Positions 40,320 to 50,550 of a DNA stretch of 64,000 bases are shown here, in pieces; positions within the stretch are counted from its first letter, which is position 1, and the number at the start of each line of letters is the position of its first letter. The DNA lies in contig CBDBCY010000004.1 in the NCBI GenBank assembly GCA_965203555.1, positions 2,464,001 through 2,528,000 of the forward strand, written 5' to 3'. The DNA is from Acidimicrobiia bacterium. GTDB taxonomy: Bacteria; Actinomycetota; Acidimicrobiia; Spongiisociales; ZC4RG35. The notes below the pieces were generated by a model, which searched no databases, had not been told where the DNA came from, and worked only from the letters and a program-made list of their open reading frames with translations. The position numbers and the translations under genes are program-made.

Positions 40320-41191
40320 TGACTGCCTTGGTGCTAAGCGGACGGACCGTGGCTGCGGCGGTGATGGAGGAGGTGGCCGCCGAGGTGGAGGTTTTGGCGG
40401 CTGCAGGCCATGTTCCCGGCCTGGCAACCGTGTTGGTGGGCGACGACCCCGCTTCTCACACCTACGTGCGGGCCAAGCGCCGCGATGCCGCCAAGGTTGG
40501 GATTCGCTCCATCCATCATCAACTGGAAGCGGACTCCTCTCAGAATCAGATAGAGGAACTGGTGAACAGCCTCAGCGCCGATCCGAGAGTGGACGGCATC
40601 CTGGTGCAATTGCCTCTACCCAGGGGATTGGACGAGGGCAGGGTGGTGGGCTGCATCGACCCCCGCAAGGACGTGGATGGGCTTCACAACGAGAATCTGG
40701 GTCGCCTGGTGGCCGAATTGTCCGGTCCCCGGCCCTGTACCCCAGCGGGCGTGATGCGCATTCTCAACCACTACGACCTTCCCGTTTCCGGGCGTCGGGC
40801 AGTGGTAATAGGCCGAAGTTTTCTGGTGGGAAAGCCGTTGGCTCTGCTGATGGCCACCAAGGGCGCCGACGCCACGGTAACCATCGCCCATTCTCGCACC
40901 GTTGAGTTGGAAGCGCTCTCTCGAGAAGCTGACATTCTGGTGGCGGCGGTGGGAAGGCCCAAGATGGTGAAAGCCTCCTGGGTGAAGCCGGGTGCGGTCG
41001 TGATCGACGTGGGTATCAACCGCACCGAGGAGGGGCTGGTGGGGGATGTGGACTTCTCCGAGGTCAGCAAGGTAGCCTCGGCGGTCACCCCGGTGCCGGG
41101 TGGAGTCGGCTTGATGACGAGGGCGATGTTGATGTCCAACACGGTGACGGCTGCCCGTGGGAACATTTCCGGATTGGGCGGGGTTTTATAG
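40319..41191 (+). CDS. folD: Methylene-THF dehydrogenase/cyclohydrolase
   Basis: GILVQLPLP, KDVDG, PCTP, GRS..VGKP, DVGINR, TPVPGGVG. Confidence 0.97.
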   Translation: MTALVLSGRTVAAAVMEEVAAEVEVLAAAGHVPGLATVLVGDDPASHTYVRAKRRDAAKVGIRSIHHQLEADSSQNQIEELVNSLSADPRVDGILVQLPLPRGLDEGRVVGCIDPRKDVDGLHNENLGRLVAELSGPRPCTPAGVMRILNHYDLPVSGRRAVVIGRSFLVGKPLALLMATKGADATVTIAHSRTVELEALSREADILVAAVGRPKMVKASWVKPGAVVIDVGINRTEEGLVGDVDFSEVSKVASAVTPVPGGVGLMTRAMLMSNTVTAARGNISGLGGVL

Positions 41192-41219
41192 AGAAGATAT
41201 TCTTTGAGCCGAGATACAC

Positions 41220-42398
41220 ATGCTGACCTTTAGAGACCTACTGATACGAGCAAAAGCCCAGATCAGGGAAGTGATGCCGGCCGACGTGGAACCGCGGCTG
41301 GGCGATCCGGATTTGCTGCTGCTGGATGTCCGGGAGCATGAAGAGTACGAGCAGGGCGCCATCCCCGGCGCCCATCTGATCCCCAGGGGACTGCTGGAGT
41401 CTTCCATTCCCATGCAGGCGCCCGATCCCGACACCGAAATAGTGGTGTATTGCGCAGGAGGCGCCCGATCAGCGCTGGCCGCGCTGTCGTTGCAGCAGTT
41501 GGGGTACAGCAACGTCGTCTCCATGGACGGAGGGTTCGGGCTGTGGAAGGCCGAGGGCCGTCCGTGGTCGGAGCCGGTGACGCTGTCGTCGGATCAAAAG
41601 GTGCGGTACAGCCGTCACACCATGTTGCCGGAAGTCGGGGAGGAAGGCCAGGCCAGGCTGTTGAGTTCCCGGGTGCTCATGGTGGGCGCCGGTGGCCTGG
41701 GTTCTCCCGCCGCTCTGTATCTGGCGGCGGCCGGGGTGGGGACGCTGGGGGTGGTCGACTTCGATGTGGTGGACGCCTCCAATCTCCAGCGACAGATTCT
41801 GCACAACATGGACCGGCTCGGCCATCCCAAGGTGGAGTCGGCGAGAGAGACCCTCACCGCACTTAATCCGGATGTCAAAGTCGAGCCGTACGGGCAGCGC
41901 CTCGCCGCTCAGAATGTACTGGAAATCATGTCCGGATACGATCTGGTGGTGGACGGAGGGGACAATTTTCCCACTCGGTACCTGGTGAACGATGCTTCGC
42001 TTCACCTCCGTGTCCCGGTCGTCCACGGCGCCATCTTCCGCTTCGAGGGGCAGACCAGTGTCTTTTACCCCTATCAGGGCCCCTGCTACCGTTGCCTGTT
42101 CCCGCAGCCTCCCCCGCCCGAACTCGCCCCATCGTGCGCGGAAGCGGGTGTGCTGGGTGTATTGCCGGGGATCATCGGTTCCATCGAGGCGATGGAGGCC
42201 ATCAAGATACTGTTGGGCATCGGTGAGCCGCTGGTCGGAAAGCTTCTCACCTACGATGCTCTCACAGAGGATTTCCGAACGTTGAAACTGCGCCGCAACC
42301 CCGACTGTGTGGCATGCGCCGACGAGAGTCGCCCCCCGGCGATCGTCGAGTACGACCAGTACTGTATGCCCGCCGGGTCGGTGTCCAGGACCGTCTGA
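41220..42398 (+). CDS. moeZ: Rhodanese-MoeB fusion adenylyltransferase/sulfurtransferase (MoeZ-type)
   Basis: N-terminal rhodanese (YCAGGARS); RYSRH, GAGGLGSP, SNLQRQ, CYRC and CVAC. Confidence 0.9.
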   Translation: MLTFRDLLIRAKAQIREVMPADVEPRLGDPDLLLLDVREHEEYEQGAIPGAHLIPRGLLESSIPMQAPDPDTEIVVYCAGGARSALAALSLQQLGYSNVVSMDGGFGLWKAEGRPWSEPVTLSSDQKVRYSRHTMLPEVGEEGQARLLSSRVLMVGAGGLGSPAALYLAAAGVGTLGVVDFDVVDASNLQRQILHNMDRLGHPKVESARETLTALNPDVKVEPYGQRLAAQNVLEIMSGYDLVVDGGDNFPTRYLVNDASLHLRVPVVHGAIFRFEGQTSVFYPYQGPCYRCLFPQPPPPELAPSCAEAGVLGVLPGIIGSIEAMEAIKILLGIGEPLVGKLLTYDALTEDFRTLKLRRNPDCVACADESRPPAIVEYDQYCMPAGSVSRTV

Positions 42399-42432
42399 CC
42401 GACTCGGCCTCCCGCCCTGCGGGATATTTCCA

Positions 42433-42861
42433 ATGTCTGACGAGCATTCAACGATCCATGTTCCCGAATCCATCCACCAGGTGATGGTCTCCCATGCCCG
42501 CCGGTGTTACCCCGAGGAAGCTTGCGGATTGTTGGCCGCAGACCCCGACGGTCGGTTGACGAAGGCCTATCCTCTCACCAACATCGCCCATTCCCCGATC
42601 AACTATGTAATAGATCCGGCCGAGCACTTCGGGGCGCTGCGCCATGCGGAGTCGAAGGGATGGGAGTTGGTGGGTGTGTTCCACTCCCACACCCATTCGC
42701 CCGCCTATCCATCTCCCACCGACGTGGCCCTGGCGGTCGAGCCGGACTGGTTGTACGTGCTGGTTGGGATGGAGAGGATGGATACCCTTTCGGTCCGGGG
42801 ATTTCGAATCCGGGACCACCAGATTGCCGAGACCACCCTCAGCTTCAACTCCCGCCCCTAG
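42433..42861 (+). CDS. mec: JAMM/M67 metallopeptidase (CysO-cysteine peptidase)
   Basis: PEEACG, FHSHTHSPAYPSPTD. Confidence 0.9.
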   Translation: MSDEHSTIHVPESIHQVMVSHARRCYPEEACGLLAADPDGRLTKAYPLTNIAHSPINYVIDPAEHFGALRHAESKGWELVGVFHSHTHSPAYPSPTDVALAVEPDWLYVLVGMERMDTLSVRGFRIRDHQIAETTLSFNSRP

Positions 42862-42873
42862 GAGGAAAGTCAC

Positions 42874-43149
42874 ATGACGCACACCATTCGCCTGCCCACC
42901 ATTCTTCGCGTTCACGCCGGAGGGGACGCTTCCGTGAGCGCCCGCGGCGCCACAGTGGGAGAAGCCTTCGCCGATGTGGGTAAGCGGTACCCGGGTCTGG
43001 CCCGTCAACTCCTGGATCCGGACGGTTCGGTGCCGGTATTCGTCAATGTCTTTCTCAACGACGAAGACATCCGGTACCTGCAGGGTCTGAACACCCCTAC
43101 CCTGCAACCCTCGGAGATCATCATCCTTCCCTCGGTGGCGGGTGGTTGA
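42874..43149 (+). CDS. cysO: MoaD/ThiS-family sulfur carrier
   Basis: IRLPTILR, FVNVFLNDEDIR, C-terminal VAGG. Confidence 0.9.
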   Translation: MTHTIRLPTILRVHAGGDASVSARGATVGEAFADVGKRYPGLARQLLDPDGSVPVFVNVFLNDEDIRYLQGLNTPTLQPSEIIILPSVAGG

Positions 43150-44077
43150 CGTCCTGGCGCCGGTGTCGCCGGGCCTTTCCCGTACTCCCCTGGTCCGTCT
43201 GGAGGCGCTCTCCCCTCCGGGGGTCGATATCTTTGCCAAGTTGGAGTGGGCCTCGCCGACGGGCTCCATAAAGGACCGGATTGCAGTGGCCATGTTGGAA
43301 AGGGCTCGTTCCGAGGGACGGCTGACCTCCCGAACACGCCTCTTGGAGCCCTCCTCGGGTAACACCGGAATCGCCCTGGCGCGACTGGCCTTCATGTGGA
43401 AGATTCCGTTCACGGTGGTCATGGCGGAAGGGGCCAGCGAAGAGCGGATCCAAACCTTGCGGACCTTCGGAGCAGAGATTGTTTTTTCACCCGGTGAGGA
43501 AGGATCCAACGGGGCTGTGCGAAGGGCCGGGGAGATCGCGGCCTCGGGCGATTATTTGATGCTGAACCAGTACGAGAATCCGGCCAATGCGGAGGCGCAC
43601 TATCGGGGAACCGGCCGGGAGATAGTGGAGGAACTAGACCGGGTGGACGCCTTCGTGGCAGGGCTGGGAACCGGGGGGACCCTGATGGGCGCAGGAGAAG
43701 CCATCAGGGAATCCTTCCCCCGTGCTCAGGTGGCGGCGGCCGAGCCGCCCATGGGAGAGTTGATCACCGGCCTCCGCTCGATCGACGCCGGTTACATACC
43801 CCCGATCTTCGATCCCGACCGGATCGATCGGCGGATCCTGGTACGCCTCGCCCCAACTATCGAGCACACCCGCATGCTGCTGTCCGCCGAGGGAATGTTC
43901 GCAGGTCCCTCCTGCGGGGCAGCCCTGGCGGTGGCGTTGCGCATAGCCAGAGAGATCCGCTCCGGGACGGTGGTAACAGTTTTCCCCGACGCCGGTTGGA
44001 AATACCTCTCCACCGGCATCTACACCGGATCCATCGGAGAGGCAGTGGAGAGGGCCACCAACCAGATTCTCTGGTAG
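43142..44077 (+). CDS. cysM: PLP-dependent cysteine synthase (CysO-dependent)
   Basis: PTGSIKDR, SSGNTG, QYEN..N, GLGTGGT, DAGWKYLSTG. Confidence 0.9.
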   Translation: MVDVLAPVSPGLSRTPLVRLEALSPPGVDIFAKLEWASPTGSIKDRIAVAMLERARSEGRLTSRTRLLEPSSGNTGIALARLAFMWKIPFTVVMAEGASEERIQTLRTFGAEIVFSPGEEGSNGAVRRAGEIAASGDYLMLNQYENPANAEAHYRGTGREIVEELDRVDAFVAGLGTGGTLMGAGEAIRESFPRAQVAAAEPPMGELITGLRSIDAGYIPPIFDPDRIDRRILVRLAPTIEHTRMLLSAEGMFAGPSCGAALAVALRIAREIRSGTVVTVFPDAGWKYLSTGIYTGSIGEAVERATNQILW

Positions 44078-44284
44078 TTAAGGGTTCGTGGCCACACTGG
44101 ACCCTGGTCCGGCCTCGTCGCGGTAGCCGTGATTACGATCTGCAACGCCGGGGGTGGCTCTTCATAGGAACCTGTCACACCGCACGATTACGACGTTCAC
44201 GGTTATTGGTAGACAGCTTCGTGTTGCCGGGGCTGACTTGGTCTATCCTTTCGCATTGGCTGACACAGCTGGAAGATCACTCAA

Positions 44285-45256
44285 ATGAGCAACGAGGACT
44301 CTCTCGCCACGATCCTGCTCGTGAGCCGGATTCACGCCGAAGGGATGCGGCCCCTGACGGCAGCCGAGTACTGGAGACTCTTGGATACCGACTTACGGCC
44401 GGGCATTCTCTTAGGTCAGACCGAGGCGGAGTTGGTGGACAATCACGGCCTATCCAGGGATCTGGCGGCCAGGATCGTTGCTCTGTTGGATCGGGTCAGG
44501 GCCATCGCTTTCGAATTGGAGCAACTCGAACATGCCGGCATCTGGACGGTGACGCGCTTTGATGATCATTATCCGCGGCGCCTGCTTGATCGACTCCGTT
44601 CCAAGGCACCCGCCCTTCTTCATGCCGCCGGTGCCCTCGAGTTACTCGATCAGCCCGGGATTGGAGTGGTGGGTAGCCGCGATGTATCCCAGGAGGGAGC
44701 GGAAGTGGCCGAGGATGTTGCTGCCAGGGCGGTTGAGTTGGGACTATCGATGATCTCGGGCGGAGCGCGTGGGGTGGATCAACTGGCTATGAACGCGGCG
44801 TTCCAAGCTGGCGGAAATGTGATCGGCGTCCTTGCAGACTCACTCGTGCGCAAGCTGAGAAGTCGAGATGTACGAATAGCGATTCACGACGACCGCGCGG
44901 TCATGTGCACCCCTTACAGTCCCAGGGCGCCGTTTCGGGTTTGGAACGCCATGGGGCGCAACAAGATCATTTACGCGTTGTCCGAGATCACATTGGTGGT
45001 GACGAGCGTGCCTGAAAAGGGAGGTACGTGGTCGGGTGCGACCGAAGCTCTGAAGAAAGGGTTTGGCCGGGTGGGCGTCTGGAGGGGACCCGGGGAAGGT
45101 CCTGGAAATGCCAGGCTGCAGGAGTTGGGCGCTGAGCCCCTCAGGGCTATAGATGACCTCCAGGAGATGATCGAGCAGCCGGACGATGCTGCTGAGGAGG
45201 GTGTGGAAACCCTCGGTAGGGCGGAGTCGCAAGGACGGCTGTTCTCCCCGTCCTGA
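44285..45256 (+). CDS. Stand-alone DprA/SLOG-family protein (non-canonical copy)
   Basis: YPRRL, VVGSR, SGGARGVD, AMGRNKIIY, KGGTWSGA.EAL. Confidence 0.85.
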   Translation: MSNEDSLATILLVSRIHAEGMRPLTAAEYWRLLDTDLRPGILLGQTEAELVDNHGLSRDLAARIVALLDRVRAIAFELEQLEHAGIWTVTRFDDHYPRRLLDRLRSKAPALLHAAGALELLDQPGIGVVGSRDVSQEGAEVAEDVAARAVELGLSMISGGARGVDQLAMNAAFQAGGNVIGVLADSLVRKLRSRDVRIAIHDDRAVMCTPYSPRAPFRVWNAMGRNKIIYALSEITLVVTSVPEKGGTWSGATEALKKGFGRVGVWRGPGEGPGNARLQELGAEPLRAIDDLQEMIEQPDDAAEEGVETLGRAESQGRLFSPS

Positions 45257-45329
45257 GCAGGGGTCGCCCACACAACCATCTGCCGAGCCAACCGGGAGTA
45301 TTACTTCCGGTAAACGGCTGGAAGGAGTT

Positions 45330-46577
45330 TCAGATCGCCGCCAGCAGACCGCCGCCGGCCGCGGTGAGAAGTACCACCATCCAGGAGGGGACTTTCCAGA
45401 AAGCCAGTAGAGCGAAGGCGACCAGGGCAAGGCCAAGATCCGGCGGCTCACGGATGGCGTTGGTCCACAGGGGATCGTAGAGAGCCATCAGCAGAATTCC
45501 GATGACCGCGGCGTTCACGCCGCGCAAGGCCGCCTGGATTCCGGCATGCTTCCGTAGCGCGGCGAAGAAGGGCAGGGTGGCCAGAACCATCAAAAGGGAT
45601 GGGAGGTATAGAGCCACCAATGCCAGGGCGGCGCCCCCTATTCCGTTGGGCTGGGGGGTCATCACCGCACCCAAATATGATGAGAACGTGAACACCGGAC
45701 CGGGGATCGCCTGTGCTGCGCCGAACCCGGCGATGAAGAGATCCTCCTCCACCCAGCCCGGCGCCACCACTTCCGCTTCCAGCAGGGGCAGGACCACCGG
45801 ACCCCCGCCGAACACCAGTGCCCCGGCGCCGTAGAAGGCGTCGGTGACATCGACGAACTCGGCTTCGGTTGCCTGGCGGGCGATCGGAAGAGCTGCGAGC
45901 AGACCGAAGAAGACGGCGGCGGCCGCCAGGCCCGAGCGCCTGCTGAAGGCGGGAAGGCGAGTCCGGTCTCCAGCCGCGCCCTGATCTCGACAGAATCGCC
46001 AGCCCAGGATTGCTCCCGCCACGATCACCAACAGGGCGGTGATTCGGGTTGAGGAGGGGAAGGCTATCAGAGCCACGGCCGCGGCAACGGCCAGGGAACT
46101 GCGAAAAGGGTCGGGGGCCAGCTTGGACCACAACTTCCACACCGCCAGCGCCACCACCGGCACGGCTACCACCACTAGACCGTGAATCCACCCCTCCGCC
46201 CGGTCGCCGATGGTGGCGGCGCCCAGGCCCACGGAGGTGAGAAGGATCGCCGAGGGGAGGGTGAATCCCAGCCACGCGGCAAGGCCTCCGCCCAGCCCTC
46301 CCCGCACCATGCCGATGGCGAATCCCAGCTGGGAGCTGGCTGCCCCGGGGAAGGCCTGGGAGAGAGCCAGGAGGTCGGCAAAGGTACCTTCGTCCACCCA
46401 ACGCCGTCGCTGCACGTACTCGTCGTGGAAATACCCGAAATGCGCCACCGGTCCCCCGAAGGAGGTGAGACCCAGGCGCAGCGCCACCCAAAAGACCTCC
46501 CAGAACCTGCCCTTGCCGGGTGGGGCATTGCTGCGTTCGCTGCTCACCGGCTTCCAAGTTACCAGCCGCGAACCCAT
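45330..46577 (-). CDS. chrA: Chromate transporter (long-chain CHR)
   Basis: LGLTSFGGP, PGAASSQ, FTLPS, VFGGG.VVLPLL, AQAIPGP. Confidence 0.93.
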   Translation of the reverse strand: MGSRLVTWKPVSSERSNAPPGKGRFWEVFWVALRLGLTSFGGPVAHFGYFHDEYVQRRRWVDEGTFADLLALSQAFPGAASSQLGFAIGMVRGGLGGGLAAWLGFTLPSAILLTSVGLGAATIGDRAEGWIHGLVVVAVPVVALAVWKLWSKLAPDPFRSSLAVAAAVALIAFPSSTRITALLVIVAGAILGWRFCRDQGAAGDRTRLPAFSRRSGLAAAAVFFGLLAALPIARQATEAEFVDVTDAFYGAGALVFGGGPVVLPLLEAEVVAPGWVEEDLFIAGFGAAQAIPGPVFTFSSYLGAVMTPQPNGIGGAALALVALYLPSLLMVLATLPFFAALRKHAGIQAALRGVNAAVIGILLMALYDPLWTNAIREPPDLGLALVAFALLAFWKVPSWMVVLLTAAGGGLLAAI

Positions 46578-46651
46578 TGCGCTCGGAAGGGAATAGCTAA
46601 TATCCTTAGCTAAGCCTGTGAAGGGTCGATCCGGACAGGGAGGTTACGGCC

Positions 46652-46894
46652 GTGCGGGTGAATATGCATGAAGCGAAATCGCAGTTGTCGCGGTTGGGAC
46701 GGTTGGTGTGGGCCGGAGAGGAAGTAGTGATCTGTCGAGACGGCAAACCGTACCTGCGTCTGACGGTTTATGAACCGGCTTCCCGGGTTCCCGGCCTATG
46801 GAAGGGCAAGGTGTGGATAGCGCCCGACTTTGACGAAACGCCGCCCGAGGTGATCGATGCCTTCGAAGGAGTTGAAGAAACGGGCACGAGGTGA
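46652..46894 (+). CDS. vapB: Phd/YefM-family antitoxin (VapB)
   Basis: VNMHEAKSQLSRL, GEEVVI.RDGKP; GTGA overlap with the toxin. Confidence 0.92.
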   Translation: MRVNMHEAKSQLSRLGRLVWAGEEVVICRDGKPYLRLTVYEPASRVPGLWKGKVWIAPDFDETPPEVIDAFEGVEETGTR

Positions 46895-47271
46895 GGCGAC
46901 TTCTACTGGACACCCATGTGGTGTTGTGGTGGCTGTCCGACGATCGGAGGCTCGGTGCGCAGGCGCGCCGTTTGATCGCGAATGCGGGCAACCATGTGGC
47001 GGTAAGCGCGGCGAGCGTATGGGAGATGGCCATCAAAAGCTGCATCGGAAAACTGTCCGTGCCCGACGATGTAACAGGGGCGGTCGTGGATTGTGGTTTT
47101 GCGCCCCTGGCGATCACCATGGAGCATGCGGCCCGGGTAGGAGAACTTCCATTGGTCCATCGGGATCCCTTTGATCGGATGCTGATCGCGCAGGCGCAGG
47201 TGGAAAGACTCGAATTGATTACCCGTGACGCCGGCCTGGGTGAATACCAGGTGAACCTCACAATCGTGTAG
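46891..47271 (+). CDS. vapC: PIN-domain toxin VapC
   Basis: LLLDTH, SVWEMAIK, HRDPFDRMLIAQA, ITRD. Confidence 0.94.
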   Translation: MRRLLLDTHVVLWWLSDDRRLGAQARRLIANAGNHVAVSAASVWEMAIKSCIGKLSVPDDVTGAVVDCGFAPLAITMEHAARVGELPLVHRDPFDRMLIAQAQVERLELITRDAGLGEYQVNLTIV

Positions 47272-47297
47272 GGTGCTTCGACCAGGTGGGAGACTCT

Positions 47298-48320
47298 TCA
47301 GAACTCCCTGTTCACCACAAAATGCGCCAGATCCAGCATCTCCTGGGCAGGGCCGGGCTCGATTGCCGCATTTGACAATGCCTGAGCGGCGCTGTGCAGG
47401 CGCTGTTGGGCGGCAGCGGCGGTGGCTTCCCTTCCTCCAGCCTGTTCGACCAGATTGGCGGCCCTGGCCAGATCCGCCTCGTCCAGATGGTCTGTGGCGT
47501 ACAGCGTCGCAAGTTCTTCTCCGGCCGGGGTCCCCGAACAGAGGGCAACCGTCACCGGAATCGACATCTTGCGCTCTCGCAGATCGTTGCCGGCTGGTTT
47601 GCCGGTCACCGCCGGATCGCCCCAGATGCCCAGCAGGTCGTCCAAGGCCTGAAAGCCCAGTCCCAGTTCCATTCCGAAACTGCGCAGCGCCTCGACGGTC
47701 TGTTCCGGGGCGCCTGCCAGAATAGCCCCCACCGCCCCTGCATGGGCCAGGAGAGCTCCCGTCTTGCGTGACACCATCTCCCAGCAGTCCTGCACGCTGA
47801 GGTTGTCTCCCACCGCGAAAGACATGTCCATGTACTGCCCTGCGATCATCGCCATGGTCGCCCGGGTCAGATCGGCCGCCGCGGCGGAGCGAGCAGCAGT
47901 GGGGTCGTCCAGCAACACCTCCAGAGCCAGACCCATCATGGCGTCGCCCACGATGATGGCGTCGCCGACCCCGAATACCTTCCACATCGTGGCGCGGTGC
48001 CTGCGCTCCGCATCATCATCTACGATGTCGTCGTGGACTAGGGAGAAATTGTGGACCAGTTCCACCGCCACCGCTCCGGGGAGGGCGATTTCCGCCGCGG
48101 CGCCCACCGCCTCGCCGGACAGGAGAGCCAGGGTGGGTCGTACCCCCTTGCCGGAACGCCCCGGCGAGAGGATGCGGCCTTTGGCGTCAACCCAGCCGAA
48201 GTGATAGCGGGCGGGCATCGCTAGGCCCGGCGAGAGACGGTCGACGGCGGCCTGCAGGGCGGGCTGTACCAGGATGGCGGTCCTTTCCAGGACTTGCGGT
48301 ATGCCTCGCTTCCGGTTCAT
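47298..48320 (-). CDS. Polyprenyl diphosphate synthase
   Basis: GKGVRP, HDDIVD, KTG, FQALDDLL, DLRERK. Confidence 0.92.
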   Translation of the reverse strand: MNRKRGIPQVLERTAILVQPALQAAVDRLSPGLAMPARYHFGWVDAKGRILSPGRSGKGVRPTLALLSGEAVGAAAEIALPGAVAVELVHNFSLVHDDIVDDDAERRHRATMWKVFGVGDAIIVGDAMMGLALEVLLDDPTAARSAAAADLTRATMAMIAGQYMDMSFAVGDNLSVQDCWEMVSRKTGALLAHAGAVGAILAGAPEQTVEALRSFGMELGLGFQALDDLLGIWGDPAVTGKPAGNDLRERKMSIPVTVALCSGTPAGEELATLYATDHLDEADLARAANLVEQAGGREATAAAAQQRLHSAAQALSNAAIEPGPAQEMLDLAHFVVNREF

Positions 48321-49669
48321 GCGGCGGCTCGGGCGCCCGCGGCGAAGGCCGCCGCCAAACGACCCGCCCTGGTACCGCTGCGCACCGCCCCCTCCATGGT
48401 GGCCGGCCAACCGGTGTCGCACCAGGCGCCTGCCAGAAATATCCCCTCGACAGCGCAGCGGGCACCGGCCCGTAGTCGATGGGTGCCCGGACCGCCGTAG
48501 AAGGTCGCCTTGTGCTCCCGGGTGACGATCGACTCGGTCACGGTGGCATCGGCCGCGGCAGGTAACAGGCGGGCGACTTCCCCGCTGAAGTGCGCCACCA
48601 ACTCCGCCGAGTTCCGTCCTATGTATGACCGGGCCGCCGACAGGGAGATGGACAGGCACTGGCGGCCGTCGTCCAGACCGGCGCCTTCAGTGCGGTCGAA
48701 CACATACTGAACGTCGCTTCCCACCGCTGCGAACATAGACAAACCAGTCACCGGGCGATCATAGACCAGGTGCACGTTGACGATCGGTGACACGCCCAGT
48801 TCCGGCAGCCGGTCCTGCTGGTGGATGCTACGGGGCGGTAACAGGGCGCCAACTGCATCATGGGGCACCGCCACCACCACCGAGTCGGCCTCCATGTCGT
48901 GGCCGTTCACCTGTACTTCCAATCGTCCCGAAGGGCCGGTCAGCACCCCGGTGACGGCGGCGCCCGTCCTCACCTCGGCGCCGGTTTTCTCCAGGGTCCG
49001 TCGAGCGGCGTCGCCGTGCAGAGCGGAGAGCGGTACTCTTGCCCAGCCGATGTCGGCTGCCGCCGCCCCGGTGAGGAGTCCGGTCACGAATACCTTGGCA
49101 GCCAGTTTCAGAGATGCCTGAGCGGCTGTCACGTTGACCGTGGGCAGCACCACCAGGTTCCAGAAGGTGTCGACAGCGGTGGTGTCCTGCCCGTGGGCGG
49201 CCAGCCATTCACCGAAACCGACTTCATCCAGGGAGGGATCGTCGGGATCCAGTCGGCGGAGTGCCCATCCGGCCCGCAACACCCCCAGTCTTTGGCGGAG
49301 GGCCAAATGAGGATAGGTGAGAAGCGCCGGGGCCAGATGCAGAGGAGCGGGACCGGCGGTCCGCCGGATGGAGCCGGGTCGTCCGTCGGGGCGCAGCACG
49401 GGAATGTCGAGCCGTCTCTGCAAAAAGACATCCTCCGCTGAGCCGATCCGTTCCAGAAAGGCCAGGTAGGCGGTGCAGCAGCGCAGGAAAACATGCTGAC
49501 CGTTGTCGAACCATATGCCCCTGCGCCGAAATGACCAGGTGGCGCCGCCCAGGCGGGGACGTCGCTCCAGTACAGTGACCGCCGCCCCTTGATCGGCTGC
49601 CTCCAAGCCGGCCGCCAACCCGGCCAGGCCCCCTCCCACCACCACTACCTGTTTCGGATTGCCGCTCAA
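48317..49669 (-). CDS. hpnE: Hydroxysqualene dehydroxylase
   Basis: GGGLAGL, DNGQHVFLRCC, SPIVNVH, GWPATMEGAVRSG. Confidence 0.92.
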   Translation of the reverse strand: MSGNPKQVVVVGGGLAGLAAGLEAADQGAAVTVLERRPRLGGATWSFRRRGIWFDNGQHVFLRCCTAYLAFLERIGSAEDVFLQRRLDIPVLRPDGRPGSIRRTAGPAPLHLAPALLTYPHLALRQRLGVLRAGWALRRLDPDDPSLDEVGFGEWLAAHGQDTTAVDTFWNLVVLPTVNVTAAQASLKLAAKVFVTGLLTGAAAADIGWARVPLSALHGDAARRTLEKTGAEVRTGAAVTGVLTGPSGRLEVQVNGHDMEADSVVVAVPHDAVGALLPPRSIHQQDRLPELGVSPIVNVHLVYDRPVTGLSMFAAVGSDVQYVFDRTEGAGLDDGRQCLSISLSAARSYIGRNSAELVAHFSGEVARLLPAAADATVTESIVTREHKATFYGGPGTHRLRAGARCAVEGIFLAGAWCDTGWPATMEGAVRSGTRAGRLAAAFAAGARAAA

Positions 49670-50550
49670 GGTCTCAGTCCGGACAGGCTGCGCGCCACCA
49701 CCAGGGCTTTTTCCCAGACGGGAAGACTGACTCGCCCCGTCAAGGGTCGGGTGGGTTGGGAGACGATGCGTTGCAGCACCCGTCGGTAGATCCCCGCCAT
49801 CGCGGCGGTACAGGCGCGGCTGCGGTGATCGAGGTATTCCAGGAGAACCAGCCCTCGATCAAACCAGGTGGCAGCCTGTACCCCCACTTGTTGGACCAGT
49901 TCCCCGACCTTCTCGGGAGGGGCCCATTGGCCGGGAGTGATGCCGAAGCGGTCTCTTTCCTGCTCGGGGAGGTAGATGCGTCCCATCTGTTGGTCCTCCA
50001 CTATGTCACGCAGCATGTTGGTTAGTTGGAGAGCCACTCCCAGGTCGTCGGCCATTCGCCGGGTCTCGTCATCGGCCGCAGGGCCGCCACGGCCTTCCTT
50101 GGTCCCGAAGACTCCCAGCGAAAGACGACCCACCGACCCTGCCACCAGCCGGCAGTAATGCACCGTGTCGTTCATTGTCGCGTACGTCACGCCTCTCACG
50201 TCCTGCTCGCACCCTTCCACTATTTCGTGCAAGGCGGCCAAGGGAATGGGATAACGGCCGGCGGCGTGGGCTATGGCCACCGTCACCGGATCGGCGGGTT
50301 TGGGAATCGCGCCCGTTTCCAGCTCGTCGATGGTGGAGTGAACCTGTGCCAGGGCCCTCAGTTTGCGGTCGGCGGGCCAGCCGCCGTCTCCAATGTCATC
50401 TATGCGGCGGGACATGGCGTAAAGGGCCGCCATCGCCCGGCGCTTGGGGCGTGGGAGCAGCCGGATGCCATAGGAGAAGTTGCGGGCGTTTACCCAGGTG
50501 ATCCGCTCGCATTCCCGGTAGGCGGACTCGGGGTTGATCATCTCAACCAT
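49666..50550 (-). CDS. hpnD: Presqualene diphosphate synthase
   Basis: NFSYGIRLL, DDIGD, YCRLVAGSVG, LQLTNMLRD, GRIYLP. Confidence 0.9.
   Translation of the reverse strand: MVEMINPESAYRECERITWVNARNFSYGIRLLPRPKRRAMAALYAMSRRIDDIGDGGWPADRKLRALAQVHSTIDELETGAIPKPADPVTVAIAHAAGRYPIPLAALHEIVEGCEQDVRGVTYATMNDTVHYCRLVAGSVGRLSLGVFGTKEGRGGPAADDETRRMADDLGVALQLTNMLRDIVEDQQMGRIYLPEQERDRFGITPGQWAPPEKVGELVQQVGVQAATWFDRGLVLLEYLDHRSRACTAAMAGIYRRVLQRIVSQPTRPLTGRVSLPVWEKALVVARSLSGLRP

Noticed and set aside
41220-44077. E1-like + JAB + ubiquitin-like trio as an antiviral conjugation system
   Set aside because: It is coupled to cysM and has no E2; it matches the known moeZ-mec-cysO-cysM cysteine pathway.
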